Shown here: positions 1 through 11,039 of the stretch, piece by piece | Layout of the letters: each line of letters begins with the position of its first letter | Position numbering within the stretch: the first letter of the stretch is position 1 | From: Octopus sinensis | Taxonomy: Eukaryota | Length of the DNA: 64,000 nt | Direction: 5' to 3' | Assembly: GCF_006345805.1 (NCBI RefSeq) | Contig: NC_043006.1 | Coordinates: 27,280,001 to 27,344,000, forward strand | The notes under the pieces: generated by a model | What the model saw: the letters and a program-made list of their open reading frames with translations, nothing else | Told to the model about the DNA's origin: nothing | Database searches by the model: none | Translations under genes and position numbers: made by a program

Positions 1-1019
1 TTTTAAAATGTGTAGAAAACGAATATAAACGCAAACGAACGGAGGTGGGTTGAGGAAGAGGAAATTTTGGAAAATTTACAAGATTCGAGTATTTCCCTCA
101 TAACTTTCAGGAAAATGGATATCTATTAATGGAATTTTATAGAAATACCTTTCAAATGATATAGATTGCGATTATAAAGAAATTTGTGGGGGGAAATGCA
201 TGCATATACATGCACACACACACACACACACACATTATATATACATGCATACAAATACATACATGAATGAAATTTTTCCTAAAAAAAAATGGGGTGGCAT
301 ACTCTGAGGAACCAGATGGGGTTTTCTTTCGCGGGGTAGAAATCAAAGTAAATTTCAGGAAAATGGATATCTTTTAATGAAATTTTACAATATTTTTTTC
401 TTACACACGCACACCGTTTTTATTATTGCTTATATTCTACCAACCACCCTACCTCATTCGTTTTTTGTTTTCAAACTTATTTCCATTACACATAATTTAT
501 GAATTTCTTTCTCTTTGAAAGTCAACTCTCCACCCCATCGGAATAAATATTTCTACAAATTTCTTTATAATCTATGCCGTTTGGAAGGTAATTTGTATAA
601 AATTTCATTAAAAGATATCTATTTTCCTAAAAGTTATGAGGGAGAAAAATCGGATCTTGTGAATTTTCCGAAAATCCTCTCCCCACCTGCCAGTTCATTG
701 GCGCAAATTTTTCTTTTCGTTTAATAAACATTTTTTAACACCTATTATACTTGTTTTATTATTCATTTTTTTTTTTTTTTTTTTTTTTTTTTCGTTTTGG
801 TGACCGGGGTGTTAAATTAAGCACTAACCGCATTCTTTTGTGCAGTTTCATTTGACGATATTAGTATTTTACGTTTACTTTCCTGATTGAACCGAACTTC
901 TATCGAAAGACATTGCAGCTGTCCTTGGTCAAATTTCGAAGTAGTCATCACTGAGGAAGGAAAAAGGTTTCAGAACTGGGAACCAAAAAAATATATATAT
1001 CAAACTTATTTTTCATTTG

Positions 1020-1375
1020 TAAGTGTGGTTTCCGTCCTTGCCACAATGCAATCAACAGGGTATTCACTCTGTAACAGGTTTCCAAGAAATGGTGGGAATA
1101 TCAACAAACAGTGTATGGTTGCTTTGTAGACCTCACAAAAGAATACAACCATATGCCAGAAAAAATGCTGTGGAAGATTTTGCAGGAGTTTGAGATTAAT
1201 GACTAACTCCTGGTTGCCATGAAGTCCTCATATAAATACCCGATGCTTGCATTGGGGTAAATGTACTGAGTCAAAATCTTTCAACAAGGGTGTTAAACAT
1301 GGGCAGAGGTGCATATTATTACTTCTCTTTTTTTTTTATGAACTGGATTGACAAGTGCAGCCATTGTGGAAGTGG
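1020..1375 (+). mobile_element. RTE-like LINE reverse transcriptase relic (paralogous copy ~12820-13170)
   Basis: Degenerate translation IFTL.QV..KWWEYQQTVYGCFVDLTKEY..MP..MLWKILQEF resembles the RT motif FVDLEKAYD. Confidence 0.55.
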
Positions 1376-1379
1376 TAAA

Positions 1380-2300
1380 TAATGAAATATATATTTTTTA
1401 TTATGGGTGTGGTGATTCTAGGCTAGGGATGAGGGAAGGTAAGTTGAAGAAGACATAGTTCTGGAAGGTGGTAGTTATAGAGTTCTCTGTAATTGGGGAA
1501 GGGATATGGCAAGAAATAGGTGGTGGTGGAAACAGATTCATGATGGTTTATTGTGGACGGTGTTGGATAGAGTAGAGGACTATCATATTATAAAGTATTG
1601 GGGAAAAGGGGAAAGAAGAGAGTCACAGAGCTGAGTGGAGCAGAATCTTGCAATGTAAGCAGTATGGAAAGACATTGGGTACAAAAGAGGTATGGGAAGG
1701 GAAAGAGCAGTGTGGGAATGCCATGAGGGCATTCCTCAGGAAGAGGTAATGATGGGATTGCTAATGGGAAGAGAGTATGGTGAGAGATGTAGAGAAACTG
1801 GAATGAGTTTAGTGAGGAGAAAGGAAGGCAAAGATTTCTTAAGGTGTAAAGGCCAGTAGTGAGAGAGCAGTTGATGGAGGTTGAGAGGAGAGAGAGAAAG
1901 AGTTTTGAGTGATGAAGAGATGATGTCATGAAGCAGGGAAGATGGAAAGTGTGGTGTGCTTGCCTTGGGGCAAATACATACCTTCTTCATTATAGGTAAA
2001 TAATGGGTTCTAAGTAGAAGTAACATGCTGTCATTGAATCTTGAGAGAGGAAGAGTGCAAATTGTCTTGCATTGAAAGGTGACCACCACTAATATGAATT
2101 GCTAGCATGTAGGTGGATTGATTCGTGTGGCAGATTAGTCATGATGTGTGTTTGCTACACAACTGGACTATGGTCATAGTGAATTGCACAAGATGATGGA
2201 TGCCTGTGTATCATTTCCAATACCCAAAGTGTGTACAAAGTACTACAGCTGTTGATATCTGATTTGAAGGATGGAAAGGTGGATGTGGTTAAAGCCAATG
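1380..2300 (-). mobile_element. Highly decayed Penelope-like RT relic (paralogous copy ~13190-14100)
   Basis: Purine-rich plus strand. Minus-strand fragments weakly resemble PGRPIISxCNS and HxxLSIPYSxxLRxxRxCS. Confidence 0.4.
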
Positions 2301-2329
2301 ACAACATGGTTTTTCTTTATCTGTTTAAT

Positions 2330-2760
2330 AGAAAATGAAAACTGGGCATATTTTTGTGTTCCAGAAACAAAATCTTAGGCTATGGAATAGCATCACACGT
2401 CTTCTCCATAGCCTAGCAAGTTCAAGAGCCACTGATTAGTATTGAAATCATGTTGACTTGTTTGGGCTGACAAGGGTATCATTCTCCTTGATTTTCTGGA
2501 ACATGGCTGTACCATGGACAGTGAATAGTACACTAAAACTTAAAAAGCTTAGAGAATCCATTAGGAGGACAAGGCAGAACAAGAATTTGAAAACAGTCCA
2601 TGTTCACCCTGATAATCATGACCACATTTATCTTTGGCAACAAATCAAGCAATTGGAGATTTTAATTGGTTCACCAGTCAGCTTGGATGTGGTGTCCTCT
2701 GACTTCAACTATTTTGGACTAGCAAAGAACAGTGTTTGGTGACAAAATGTAAAATATCCT
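2330..2760 (+). mobile_element. Mariner transposase catalytic-domain relic (paralogous copy ~14130-14560)
   Basis: WADKGIILLDFLEHG..LKKLRESIRRTRQNKNLKTVHVHPDN..SDFNYFG matches mariner WDxKGII/HDNARPH/SDFHLF motifs. Confidence 0.75.
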
Positions 2761-3344
2761 TTGAGCTATATTATTGTTTAACCTTTTAAAATGGCATCCA
2801 ATTTTCCCTCAAATTAACCTCTACAATCCTGAAAGATGATGGATATTTTGGATTAGTTCAAATGTTCAGATAAAAATTTATATTTTCAGTTTATTAATAT
2901 TGAAATGTAGTAAAATTTTCATTGTCGAATCTCCTTTTCTTTATATCCTCCTATCTTATACAGTATTTATCATTTCTATTTCAGAATATTCGATGAGATT
3001 GCCTGAAAAGTATTCTTAACTTCTGATCCATCACCAGTTTTTATCATTTATTAAAGACACAAAAAAGATGTTATGCAGAACCTTTATGGCACTGTTTATG
3101 CAAATCTGTGGTGGATTAGTGTGAAATATTTCTTCACATCACTGAATAACAGTTTATGTTTACTTCATTGTCTGACCTGTTTCAAAGATAAATTCACAAC
3201 CTTAGGGAAAATTTCCCCCAAAAAATGCATTTTCTTCACAAATTGTGAAGCATAGATATAGCAGTAGAAATATTTTTTTTGTTATACATTATTAAAACAC
3301 AAAGCAGAACAGCATCCATATATTATTGTATAATATAAAAAATT

Positions 3345-4862
3345 ATGGAGAAAGAAATATGTGTGAACCAGCAAAAATGCAAATCACAATCAAAAGTGAT
3401 TGATTTTCCTGATGAGGATTTGAAACTGAAAGGGACAACATCATACAATTGTAATACTAGTAAAGATTCATTCACTACAAAAAGTAACCTAGCTACTCAA
3501 AAACGTGCTAATAGCAGAGAGAAATACTATCACTGTGATATCTGTGGTAAGTTATTCTCTCGAAAAGATGATGTTGCTATTCACAAACGTATTCATACGG
3601 GAGAGAAACCTTATCACTGTGAGATTTGTGGTAAATCATTCTCTGTAAATAGTACCTTAACTAAACATAAACACATTCATACAGGAGAGAAGCCGTATCA
3701 CTGTGAGATTTGTGGTAAATCATTCTCTGTAAATAGTACCTTAACTAAACATAAACACATTCATACGGGAGAGAAGCCGTATCATTGTGATATTTGTGGG
3801 TATTCATGCTCAGAAAAAGGTTCCTTGACTCAACATGTACAAATTCATACTGGTGTGAAATCACACCATTGTGATATCTGTAACAAATCATTTGCTCAAA
3901 GAGGTAATTTAACTAAACACAAAGTTGTTCATACAGGAGAGAAGCCTTATCGCTGTAATATCTGTGGAAAGTCATTCTCCTCAAACTTATCTGTTCACAA
4001 ACGTGTTCATACAGGTGAAAAACCATATCACTGTGATGTGTGTGATAAATCATTTGCTCAGTCTAATGATTTAACTAAACACAAACGTATTCATACAGGT
4101 GAGAGACCATATCAGTGTGATATTTGTGGTAAATCTTTCTCTGGATGTTCTCAGTTAAATATTCATAAACGTGTTCATACAGGATGGAAACCATATCGTT
4201 GTGATATTTGTGGTAAATCTTTCTCTCAAGGCAGTTACTTAATTCTTCATAAACGTGTTCATACTGGAGAGAAGCCATATTGCTGTACTATCTGTGGCAA
4301 ATCATTCTCTTATGAATCATCTTTTACTAGTCACCAACGTATTCATACAGGACAGAAGCCATACAACTGTGATATCTGTGATAAATCATTCTCACGAAAT
4401 GATTACTTAACTAACCACAAACGCATTCATACAGGAGAGAAACCATATCATTGTGATATTTGTGGTAAATCTTTCTCTTTATATTGTCACTTAAGGATTC
4501 ATAAACTCGTTCATACAGGAGAAAAGCCCTATCAGTGTGATATATGTGGTAAATCATTCCCACAAACATGTGGATTAACTACTCATAAACGTATTCATAC
4601 AGGAGAAAAACCATATCAGTGTGATATCTGTAATAAATCATTCACTGTAAATAGTACTTTGACTAAACACAAGCGTATACATACAGGAATAAAACCCTAT
4701 CACTGTGATATCTGTGGTAAATCATTCTCTGAAAATGGTACATTAACTAAACATAATCGCGTACATACAGGAGAGAAGCCTTATCACTGTGATATCTGTG
4801 GAAAAGCTTATTTGGAAAAATATTCTTTGGTTAAACACAAATGTAATCCTACAAAAGGCTAA
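3345..4862 (+). CDS. C2H2 zinc-finger protein ZNF-A (505 aa; 15 His-His fingers, one 2 aa short, plus a non-canonical terminal finger)
   Basis: ORF of tandem C-x2-C-x12-H-x3-H repeats with TGEKP linkers. ATG at 3345, candidate acceptor tttctatttcag ending 2984, AATAAA at 5024-5029. Confidence 0.95.
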   Translation: MEKEICVNQQKCKSQSKVIDFPDEDLKLKGTTSYNCNTSKDSFTTKSNLATQKRANSREKYYHCDICGKLFSRKDDVAIHKRIHTGEKPYHCEICGKSFSVNSTLTKHKHIHTGEKPYHCEICGKSFSVNSTLTKHKHIHTGEKPYHCDICGYSCSEKGSLTQHVQIHTGVKSHHCDICNKSFAQRGNLTKHKVVHTGEKPYRCNICGKSFSSNLSVHKRVHTGEKPYHCDVCDKSFAQSNDLTKHKRIHTGERPYQCDICGKSFSGCSQLNIHKRVHTGWKPYRCDICGKSFSQGSYLILHKRVHTGEKPYCCTICGKSFSYESSFTSHQRIHTGQKPYNCDICDKSFSRNDYLTNHKRIHTGEKPYHCDICGKSFSLYCHLRIHKLVHTGEKPYQCDICGKSFPQTCGLTTHKRIHTGEKPYQCDICNKSFTVNSTLTKHKRIHTGIKPYHCDICGKSFSENGTLTKHNRVHTGEKPYHCDICGKAYLEKYSLVKHKCNPTKG

Positions 4863-5099
4863 AATTATTCATGTCAAAAGACATCCTCTGAAAAAAAAAA
4901 ACAGAGAGAGAGAGAGTGAATGTATTGACAGAAGAAATAAGATGTATGAGATAGCAACCTCTGAACAGTATATATAGTACTCGGATGTGTCTTGGTGAAA
5001 TGTCTTATAACTGTAATATTTTCAATAAAAACATTATTTCTGTGGACTTGTGTATATTGTAACTGATTTCTGGAAGGAATGTTATTGTGTACGTCTAAA

Positions 5100-6350
5100 A
5101 GAAGATGCCTCATTTTTATTTACCTTTGATGAAGGCAGCTTTGACCAGGAGGAACTGATGTCATCATACAGTATCCAATGGTTATTAGGTGTTTTAACCC
5201 TGAACCATAACCCCCTCCTGATTGTGGGTCTGCAGATGTGGCCAATCCACCGTGCACCATCTCCTCCTGGCTTCTAGCTTGACTCCTTGCTCTTGAATTC
5301 ATAACCAACTGCCTCTCCCATCCTGTTCACAGCTACCTTTTACTCCTTTCCTCTCACTCCATTGACTATAATCAACCTCAACCAGAAATAGTCATGATTG
5401 CCATCCCTTTTCCCTGTAATTCTGCAGAAGTTTCTGATGTTGACTTTATCCCATTCAAAGGCTTGACTGCAACCTGCTTTCCACAGGACTGTATGCTTAT
5501 TTTCATTTTCTTTTCAGACTACAAAGCTACATGTGGCTTCAGGGTTGTCTGGCTGATCCAGGCAAGCTGCAATCTTTCCTCCCAGTTCTACTTTTATATC
5601 CTCTGACTGGGCCCCATGTAGTTAACTGCTTGTCCATTTTGCTGTTCTTACTAGCTTTTCTCCTTCCTTCACAAGCTTGATTACTGGTGCTGTTTTCCCT
5701 GATGTTGGTTTTGTTGCATCTTTCCTGTTTCATGCTGTGAGGAATTATTGCAAGTACCCTGCCATATCTTCCTTGCAGTATTGCTGTTTTGCATCCTGAC
5801 ATGTGCCATGGTCCTGCCCACTCCACAATATCTATACAGCTGATCTCTCATTCTCCTTCTGTGCAAGTTTGTTAGTGTTGGGAGTGCCAATACACTGCCT
5901 GCTGTAGAAAGGAGGTGCAGAAAGGTTCTAATCTTCACAGGTCAGTCCATGTGACCTCTTTGGAACTCCAGGGGTACTAGCCAATCAGCTCTTGACCTTT
6001 CTTCCTCCTGGTCCTGTACTGTTGCTTGGATCATAGCCTCCTTTCCTTCATTTCTGCTTTCTTCCATTATGGGAAGAACTGAGACCCTGCCACTCTGTAC
6101 AACTGTGGTGTTGGCTACCCACTTCCATCCTTGTGGTTATACCTGTATATCTGACATGCTTATTGTGGGTGTCCCTATACATCATTACATCTCTACACTT
6201 CACGACCATGAATGGCAGAAGAAATTGGTTTTGTCCAGGCATTTTGAAGTGCCTCCTCCTTCTCTGCCAAGAATTCACAACGGCCTTGAACCCACAAGAG
6301 TAACAAGAGAGACAGAGACAGGTAGAAACAAGGAAAATGCCCCTTGTATT
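5100..6350 (-). mobile_element. HERO-type non-LTR retrotransposon 3' part (CCHC finger and restriction-like endonuclease), relic
   Basis: Minus-strand fragments LPTLTNLHRR..C..CG..HMSGCKTAILQGRY, FVKEGEK (ZNF-B copy), TTLKPHVALxSEKK and REKGWQS.LFLVEV match the HERO/NeSL C-terminus. Confidence 0.7.
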
Positions 6351-6354
6351 TGAA

Positions 6355-6731
6355 TACTCTCTCTCTACTCTTTTACTTGTTTCAGTCATTTAACTGTGGC
6401 CATGCTGGAGCACCGCCTTTAGTCGAGCAAATCGACCCTGGGACTTATTCTTTATAAGCCTAGTACTTATTCTATAGGTCTCTTTTCCGAACCTCTAAGT
6501 GACGGGGACATAAACACACCAGTATCAGTTGTCAAGCAATGCTAGGGGGAAAAACACAGACACATACATGATTGGCTTCTTTCAGTTTCCGTCTACCAAA
6601 TCCACTCACAAGGCTTTGGTCGGCCCGAGGCTATAGTAGAAGATACTTGCCCAAGATGCCACGCAGTGGGACTGAACATGGAACCATGTGGTTGTTAAGC
6701 AAGCTACTTACCACACAGCCACTCCTGCGCC
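6355..6731 (-). mobile_element. tRNA-derived SINE, near full length
   Basis: Minus strand begins ggcgcaggagtggctgtgtggtaag (A box) with ggttccatgttcagtccc (B-box region). Same family at 20944 and 60322. Confidence 0.85.
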
Positions 6732-6800
6732 TTTTTTGTCCATATATATCAACTCGTGTGTTCCTTTTCAACCTTCTACATATATATATATATATATATA

Positions 6801-7345
6801 TGAGGGTGAGTCAAAAAGTAATGCCACTTTGTTTAGAACAGATATAATTACCAACACGGGATCATGTATCATACATCAAAATGAAGCTGGTCCTCTGTAG
6901 ATCACATCCCTGCTTCTCAACATAGTCACCATTTCTCTCAATAGCAATGTTCCACCTTCGAATGAGAGCATGTATCCCTGCCCCATAAAATTCTGTTGAC
7001 TGTTCTTTGAAGCACTTCTTCACTACAGTTTTCACTTCCTCATCACTGGTCTATCATCTCTTCAGCCCCTTGAAAGAGGGTTTGAGAGGCAAACATTCCA
7101 GTGACAAGGAAGTGAAAACTGTAGTGAAGAAGTGGCTAAAAGAACAGTCAACAGAATTTTACGGGGCAGGATACATGCTCTCATTCAAAGGTGAACCATT
7201 GCTATTGAGAGAAACAGTGAATATGTTGAGAAGTAGGGATGTGATCTACAGAGGACCAGCTTCATTTTGATGTATGATACATGTTCCTGTGTTGGTAATT
7301 ATACCAGTCCTAAACAAAATGGCATTACCTTTTGACTCACCCTCG
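6801..7345. mobile_element. Palindromic (fold-back) mariner MITE built from two inverted copies of a transposase 3' end
   Basis: TA-flanked TIRs tgagggtgagtcaaaaagtaatgcc / ggcattaccttttgactcaccctcg. Arms ~6801-7050 and ~7095-7345 are reverse complements; the plus arm reads YHLFSPLKEGLRGK..EVKTVVKKWLKEQSTEFY. Confidence 0.9.
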
Positions 7346-7439
7346 TATATATATGATGGATTCTCTTGTCATAAATGACAAATGAGGGTTCAGTAAAATA
7401 AAGTGTTAATCATTTTCTATGGACACAAATGTGTCTCTT

Positions 7440-8770
7440 GAGACCTGCTGGTGCCTTGCAAACCTTTGGCAAATGGAACAAGTTGAGTTGCTTGAGTGCT
7501 TGTGGATCATTTACTATGTATTTTCTTGAGTGGACAACAAGGCTTGATTTGCTTCATGCCACAAAAACAGAGTGACAGGTAGAGTTGGGAATTGGCCAAA
7601 AAGAAGTTGCTTTGGAATTCTGATATCACTCATATGGGAAAGATGACCTGACCATCTAAGCTGTATTTTGATGAGGATGGCTTCAATACCTACAAGTTGC
7701 ATTTTATTAGTACCTTACTGTTATGAATATGATCGCTCAGTTTTGTGTGGGAGATAGTATGCAATCATCGCATACGAAAAGCGTCAAGCTGGTTGATGTG
7801 TTTTTGATACAGAGTTCAAAATTCAGCCCCATAAAGCAGTGTTGTCAAGACTTATCACTGGACACAGTGGGACCAAGATAAGTGAAGGAGGAAACAGATT
7901 TTAATGCTTTACCATTAACATATACAGTAGGGGCAACAAGGTGGCAAAAGAAGGCACAAGAGTTGCAGAGTGCTGTAGATAGATGTGACTCCAGATCATT
8001 CTATCAGAATTTAAAGGGTGTTTTTGGACCTGTGTCTGGTAGCTCAACTCCCATACTTTTAATTGAAGGTAATTTTTCAGGTAGAAAGGTGATCATGAAG
8101 TGTTGGACAAAGCCTTTTCCACAAGGCCTCTGTGGTAGATTGTTGATGGTCATGAATGGGCTGATGGGCAAACTCAGTTTTATTGATGCTCATGGTCAGA
8201 CCAAAAGCTTTTGATGCATGCGAGAAGTTGTTTAGACTCCATTGCATGTCCTTGAGTGTGTACTACAAGTGCACAATCATCTGCGAAGAGCAAATCTCAA
8301 ACTGTTTGCACCAAAGTCTTCGTCTTTGCTTTGAAGTGCTGTTGGTTGAACAAGCTACCATTAGTTCTGCACTCAAACTTTACTCCTTCTTTAACACCCT
8401 TGAATGCTGTTTCCAACATGACAGAGAAATACAAATCAAATAAGAGCACTGCAAGAACACAGCCTTGTTTTGTCCCATTTGAGACTGTGAATGAATCAGA
8501 CACTTCCCCACTAGATCTGACAGAAGCCATTATCCCTCGACGGAAACAAATGATGACCTTGAGCATCTTTTCAGGAACATCTAGCTTTCTAAGTACAACC
8601 CTAAGAGCATCCCTAGATATGATGTTGAAAGCTTTAGCTAGATCTACAAAAGTGACAAAAAGGTCTCAGTTGTGCTCATGGGCCTTTTCCTGCAGCTGCC
8701 TAAGACTAAAAATCTCATCCACTGAAATCCAGACTGAGATTCAGACAACATTAAACTGGCAAGGGCATCA
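7440..8770 (-). mobile_element. RTE-BovB-like LINE relic with an internal inverted segment (~7880-8105 on +)
   Basis: Minus strand: SNGTKQGCVLAVLLF, RTNGSLFNQQHFKAKTK, FGLTMSINKTE, LLYGAE, QLRWSGHLSHMSDIRIPKQLLFG. Plus strand: KKAQELQSAVDRCDSRSFYQNLKGVFGP. Confidence 0.8.
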
Positions 8771-8842
8771 TTTAGGTATTGAACTGGTAATTCATTGGAT
8801 GATACCATCCCATAATGAGGCTAATTTAACCTCTAATCGAAT

Positions 8843-8878
<36 letters not shown>

Positions 8879-9137
8879 GAACAAATAGTGAGGGATTAAC
8901 AATCTGAATAGCTGTAAGCCAAATTTGCTCAAAGAATTTATATATGATGACTCTAACTTTTAACTTGTGTCTTATGTGTATATGTGTGCGTGTGTAAACT
9001 CTCATATATGCAAAAACAAAAGGATTGAAAAATGTCTTATCACGTTTCAATAATGGTGGTAAATACCTTTAATACACATGTCTCGCTCTCTGACAGAAAT
9101 GTTAAATCATGGCAAAAGTTTTTGCCTTCATTGATAG

Positions 9138-10104
9138 TGTAGCGTAGCTAGGTGATATCCTCACTGTTTGAGAGAGATATTAGAAATGATCTCGTGTTAG
9201 ATAGCAACCATTTTTGGCTATTTGGACCCTGTTGTGTCTGCCACTCTGATTGGTTGGTTTTGGTGCAGTCTTATTTCGCGCCAATGTGTAAACCAACCAA
9301 TCACAAGCTTCCGATAAGGTCCCATGACACAGTCTTTTTGGGGTTTCACTGGAGCCCACCCCAGGTTATAAAAGGCGCCAGCAAATCACTATTTCTCGTT
9401 TTAGGTTCTAGTCCTTCTCAGGACTAACCTCTGACCACAGCAACTCAACCAGGTTCCAGCGACAACCAGACCAGCAACTCAACCATGTTCCTGCTCCAGC
9501 AGTGCCGACACCATCATCTCTACCTTCATATCGTCTCCATCTCCACCAACAGTAATATGTACACAACAACATTCGCCCAGGTTAACAACACAGCACTACC
9601 TGCAAGAATTCCTGTATCAAGAGACTTGGCACAGCATTGAAGCCCCAACCGCTACATGACATGTGTTCAACCGGCATTCTGCACTTGTGACTCCATCATC
9701 CTGTTACAGGACTACAACTATTGTGTAACCTTACTACGAACTGGTAAATTCATCTGCATTGTGTCTGAAATACCCCGAGAGACTCTTTTCTATGCTCTGT
9801 ATTTTGTTTTGCCTGCATACACCTTGTTTGTACTTCTGTCACACACACGAACACACAGACACAAACACTTGTTGCATGCAAGCAGACACTCCACTTTGCT
9901 AGCACCCATACTTTATCTTATTGTACACAAATGTAAATAAAGTCTTCTCTCTCAAACAGTAGAATGGTTGTTGTCATTATTCCTTTTGGCACTTATTCAT
10001 TTATATCATGTATATGGCTATCTTCTTTTGTTAGGGTGACCATGCGGTGTTAAAAAGGAGACATTTCTGTCACCAACTCCTTATGTATGGTCGTTTTCGC
10101 TACA
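9138..10104 (+). mobile_element. Solo LTR (967 bp)
   Basis: Starts TGTAGCG and ends CGCTACA (7-bp terminal inverted repeat). 4-bp TSD ATAG at 9134-9137 and 10105-10108, CCAAT-like boxes, TATAAAA 9367-9373, AATAAA 9936-9941. Confidence 0.85.
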
Positions 10105-10579
10105 ATAGTATAAATGTAATCTATTTGGTAAACTGTTGATCACTCAGTCATCAACTTTTTCAGGTTTTGAAACAAAGACACACTCACTAATTTTGAACAT
10201 CTTCACAATCGATGAAGTCTTTTCCCTCTAAACAGTGTTGCAATGACCTGAAAAGATGATAGCTGGATGAATGTCATGAAAAATAAGGATGGTGTAGTGT
10301 GATGGATGAAGAGGACAACAGGAGAAAGAAATACAAAGAAATACAAAAGGCCTTACCTCGGCGAAGATCAGAGGTCTCTTATGAATTCGACACATCCTGT
10401 CACTTCCTCGTCTATGCTCGAACTGACCCTTCGTTGATGACCACACGTGCATCCTGCTAGACCTCTTCCGCTTCCGGCCACGCATTCACCCTGCAAGCCC
10501 TACTTCCACCCGCCTCATCTGTCATCCTCTCCACCAGCACCACATAGCTCATCACATCCCACAATACCGACAGCCAACA

Positions 10580-10830
10580 CCACAGATGGATATGGCAAAA
10601 CTTCCATATTTAGTGCCATAACCTCTTCCTGAACGACTTACACAATATATTGTGTTGATTTATCATGTGAGAGCAACACTCCTTTATGACTGACCAACAA
10701 TGGAAACATTTGCTGCAAACATTTTGTGTTGCTTTCAATTGACAATATTTCTCTGCATTATGAGTTTTGCTTTGATTCAATGCTTTGTGATAGAGGACAC
10801 CCTTCGTATTCCACCATACACAAACCATAT
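10580..10830 (-). mobile_element. Mariner (Mos1-like) transposase fragment
   Basis: MVCVWWNTKGVLYHKALNQSKTHNAEKYCQL resembles MLCVWWDxKGVIYYELL..TVNAERYCQQL. Confidence 0.75.
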
Positions 10831-11039
10831 TTTTTTTTTTTTTTTTTGTGAGGAGTGATGCTAGTGTGGAAATGGATTCTCCTTTATCGTTGACTTCTGA
10901 GTGTTATTATCTTCCTTGGACATCATTGGAAGTGATCATGTCAAAAATGGGACACAACGGATCAATGGATTGATAAACAAACGTATTCATATATATATTA
11001 ATGCATACACGCACACACACATAGACGAGAAGATCGATT

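Noticed and set aside
3073-3255. 60-aa upstream ORF in the ZNF-A 5' UTR as a conserved regulatory uORF
   Set aside because: The homologous ATG in ZNF-B hits a stop within ~13 codons, so length and sequence are not conserved.
3500-4862. 84-bp periodicity as a CRISPR-like or satellite array
   Set aside because: Fully explained by C2H2 finger repeats in a eukaryotic ORF.
6600-6731. tRNA gene (A/B boxes), also at 21000-21102 and 60322-60400
   Set aside because: The boxes are the head of a multi-copy SINE and no full cloverleaf is evident.
8256-8879. 207-aa plus-strand ORF
   Set aside because: Antisense shadow of the RTE RT relic that runs into a TA repeat; no independent protein features.
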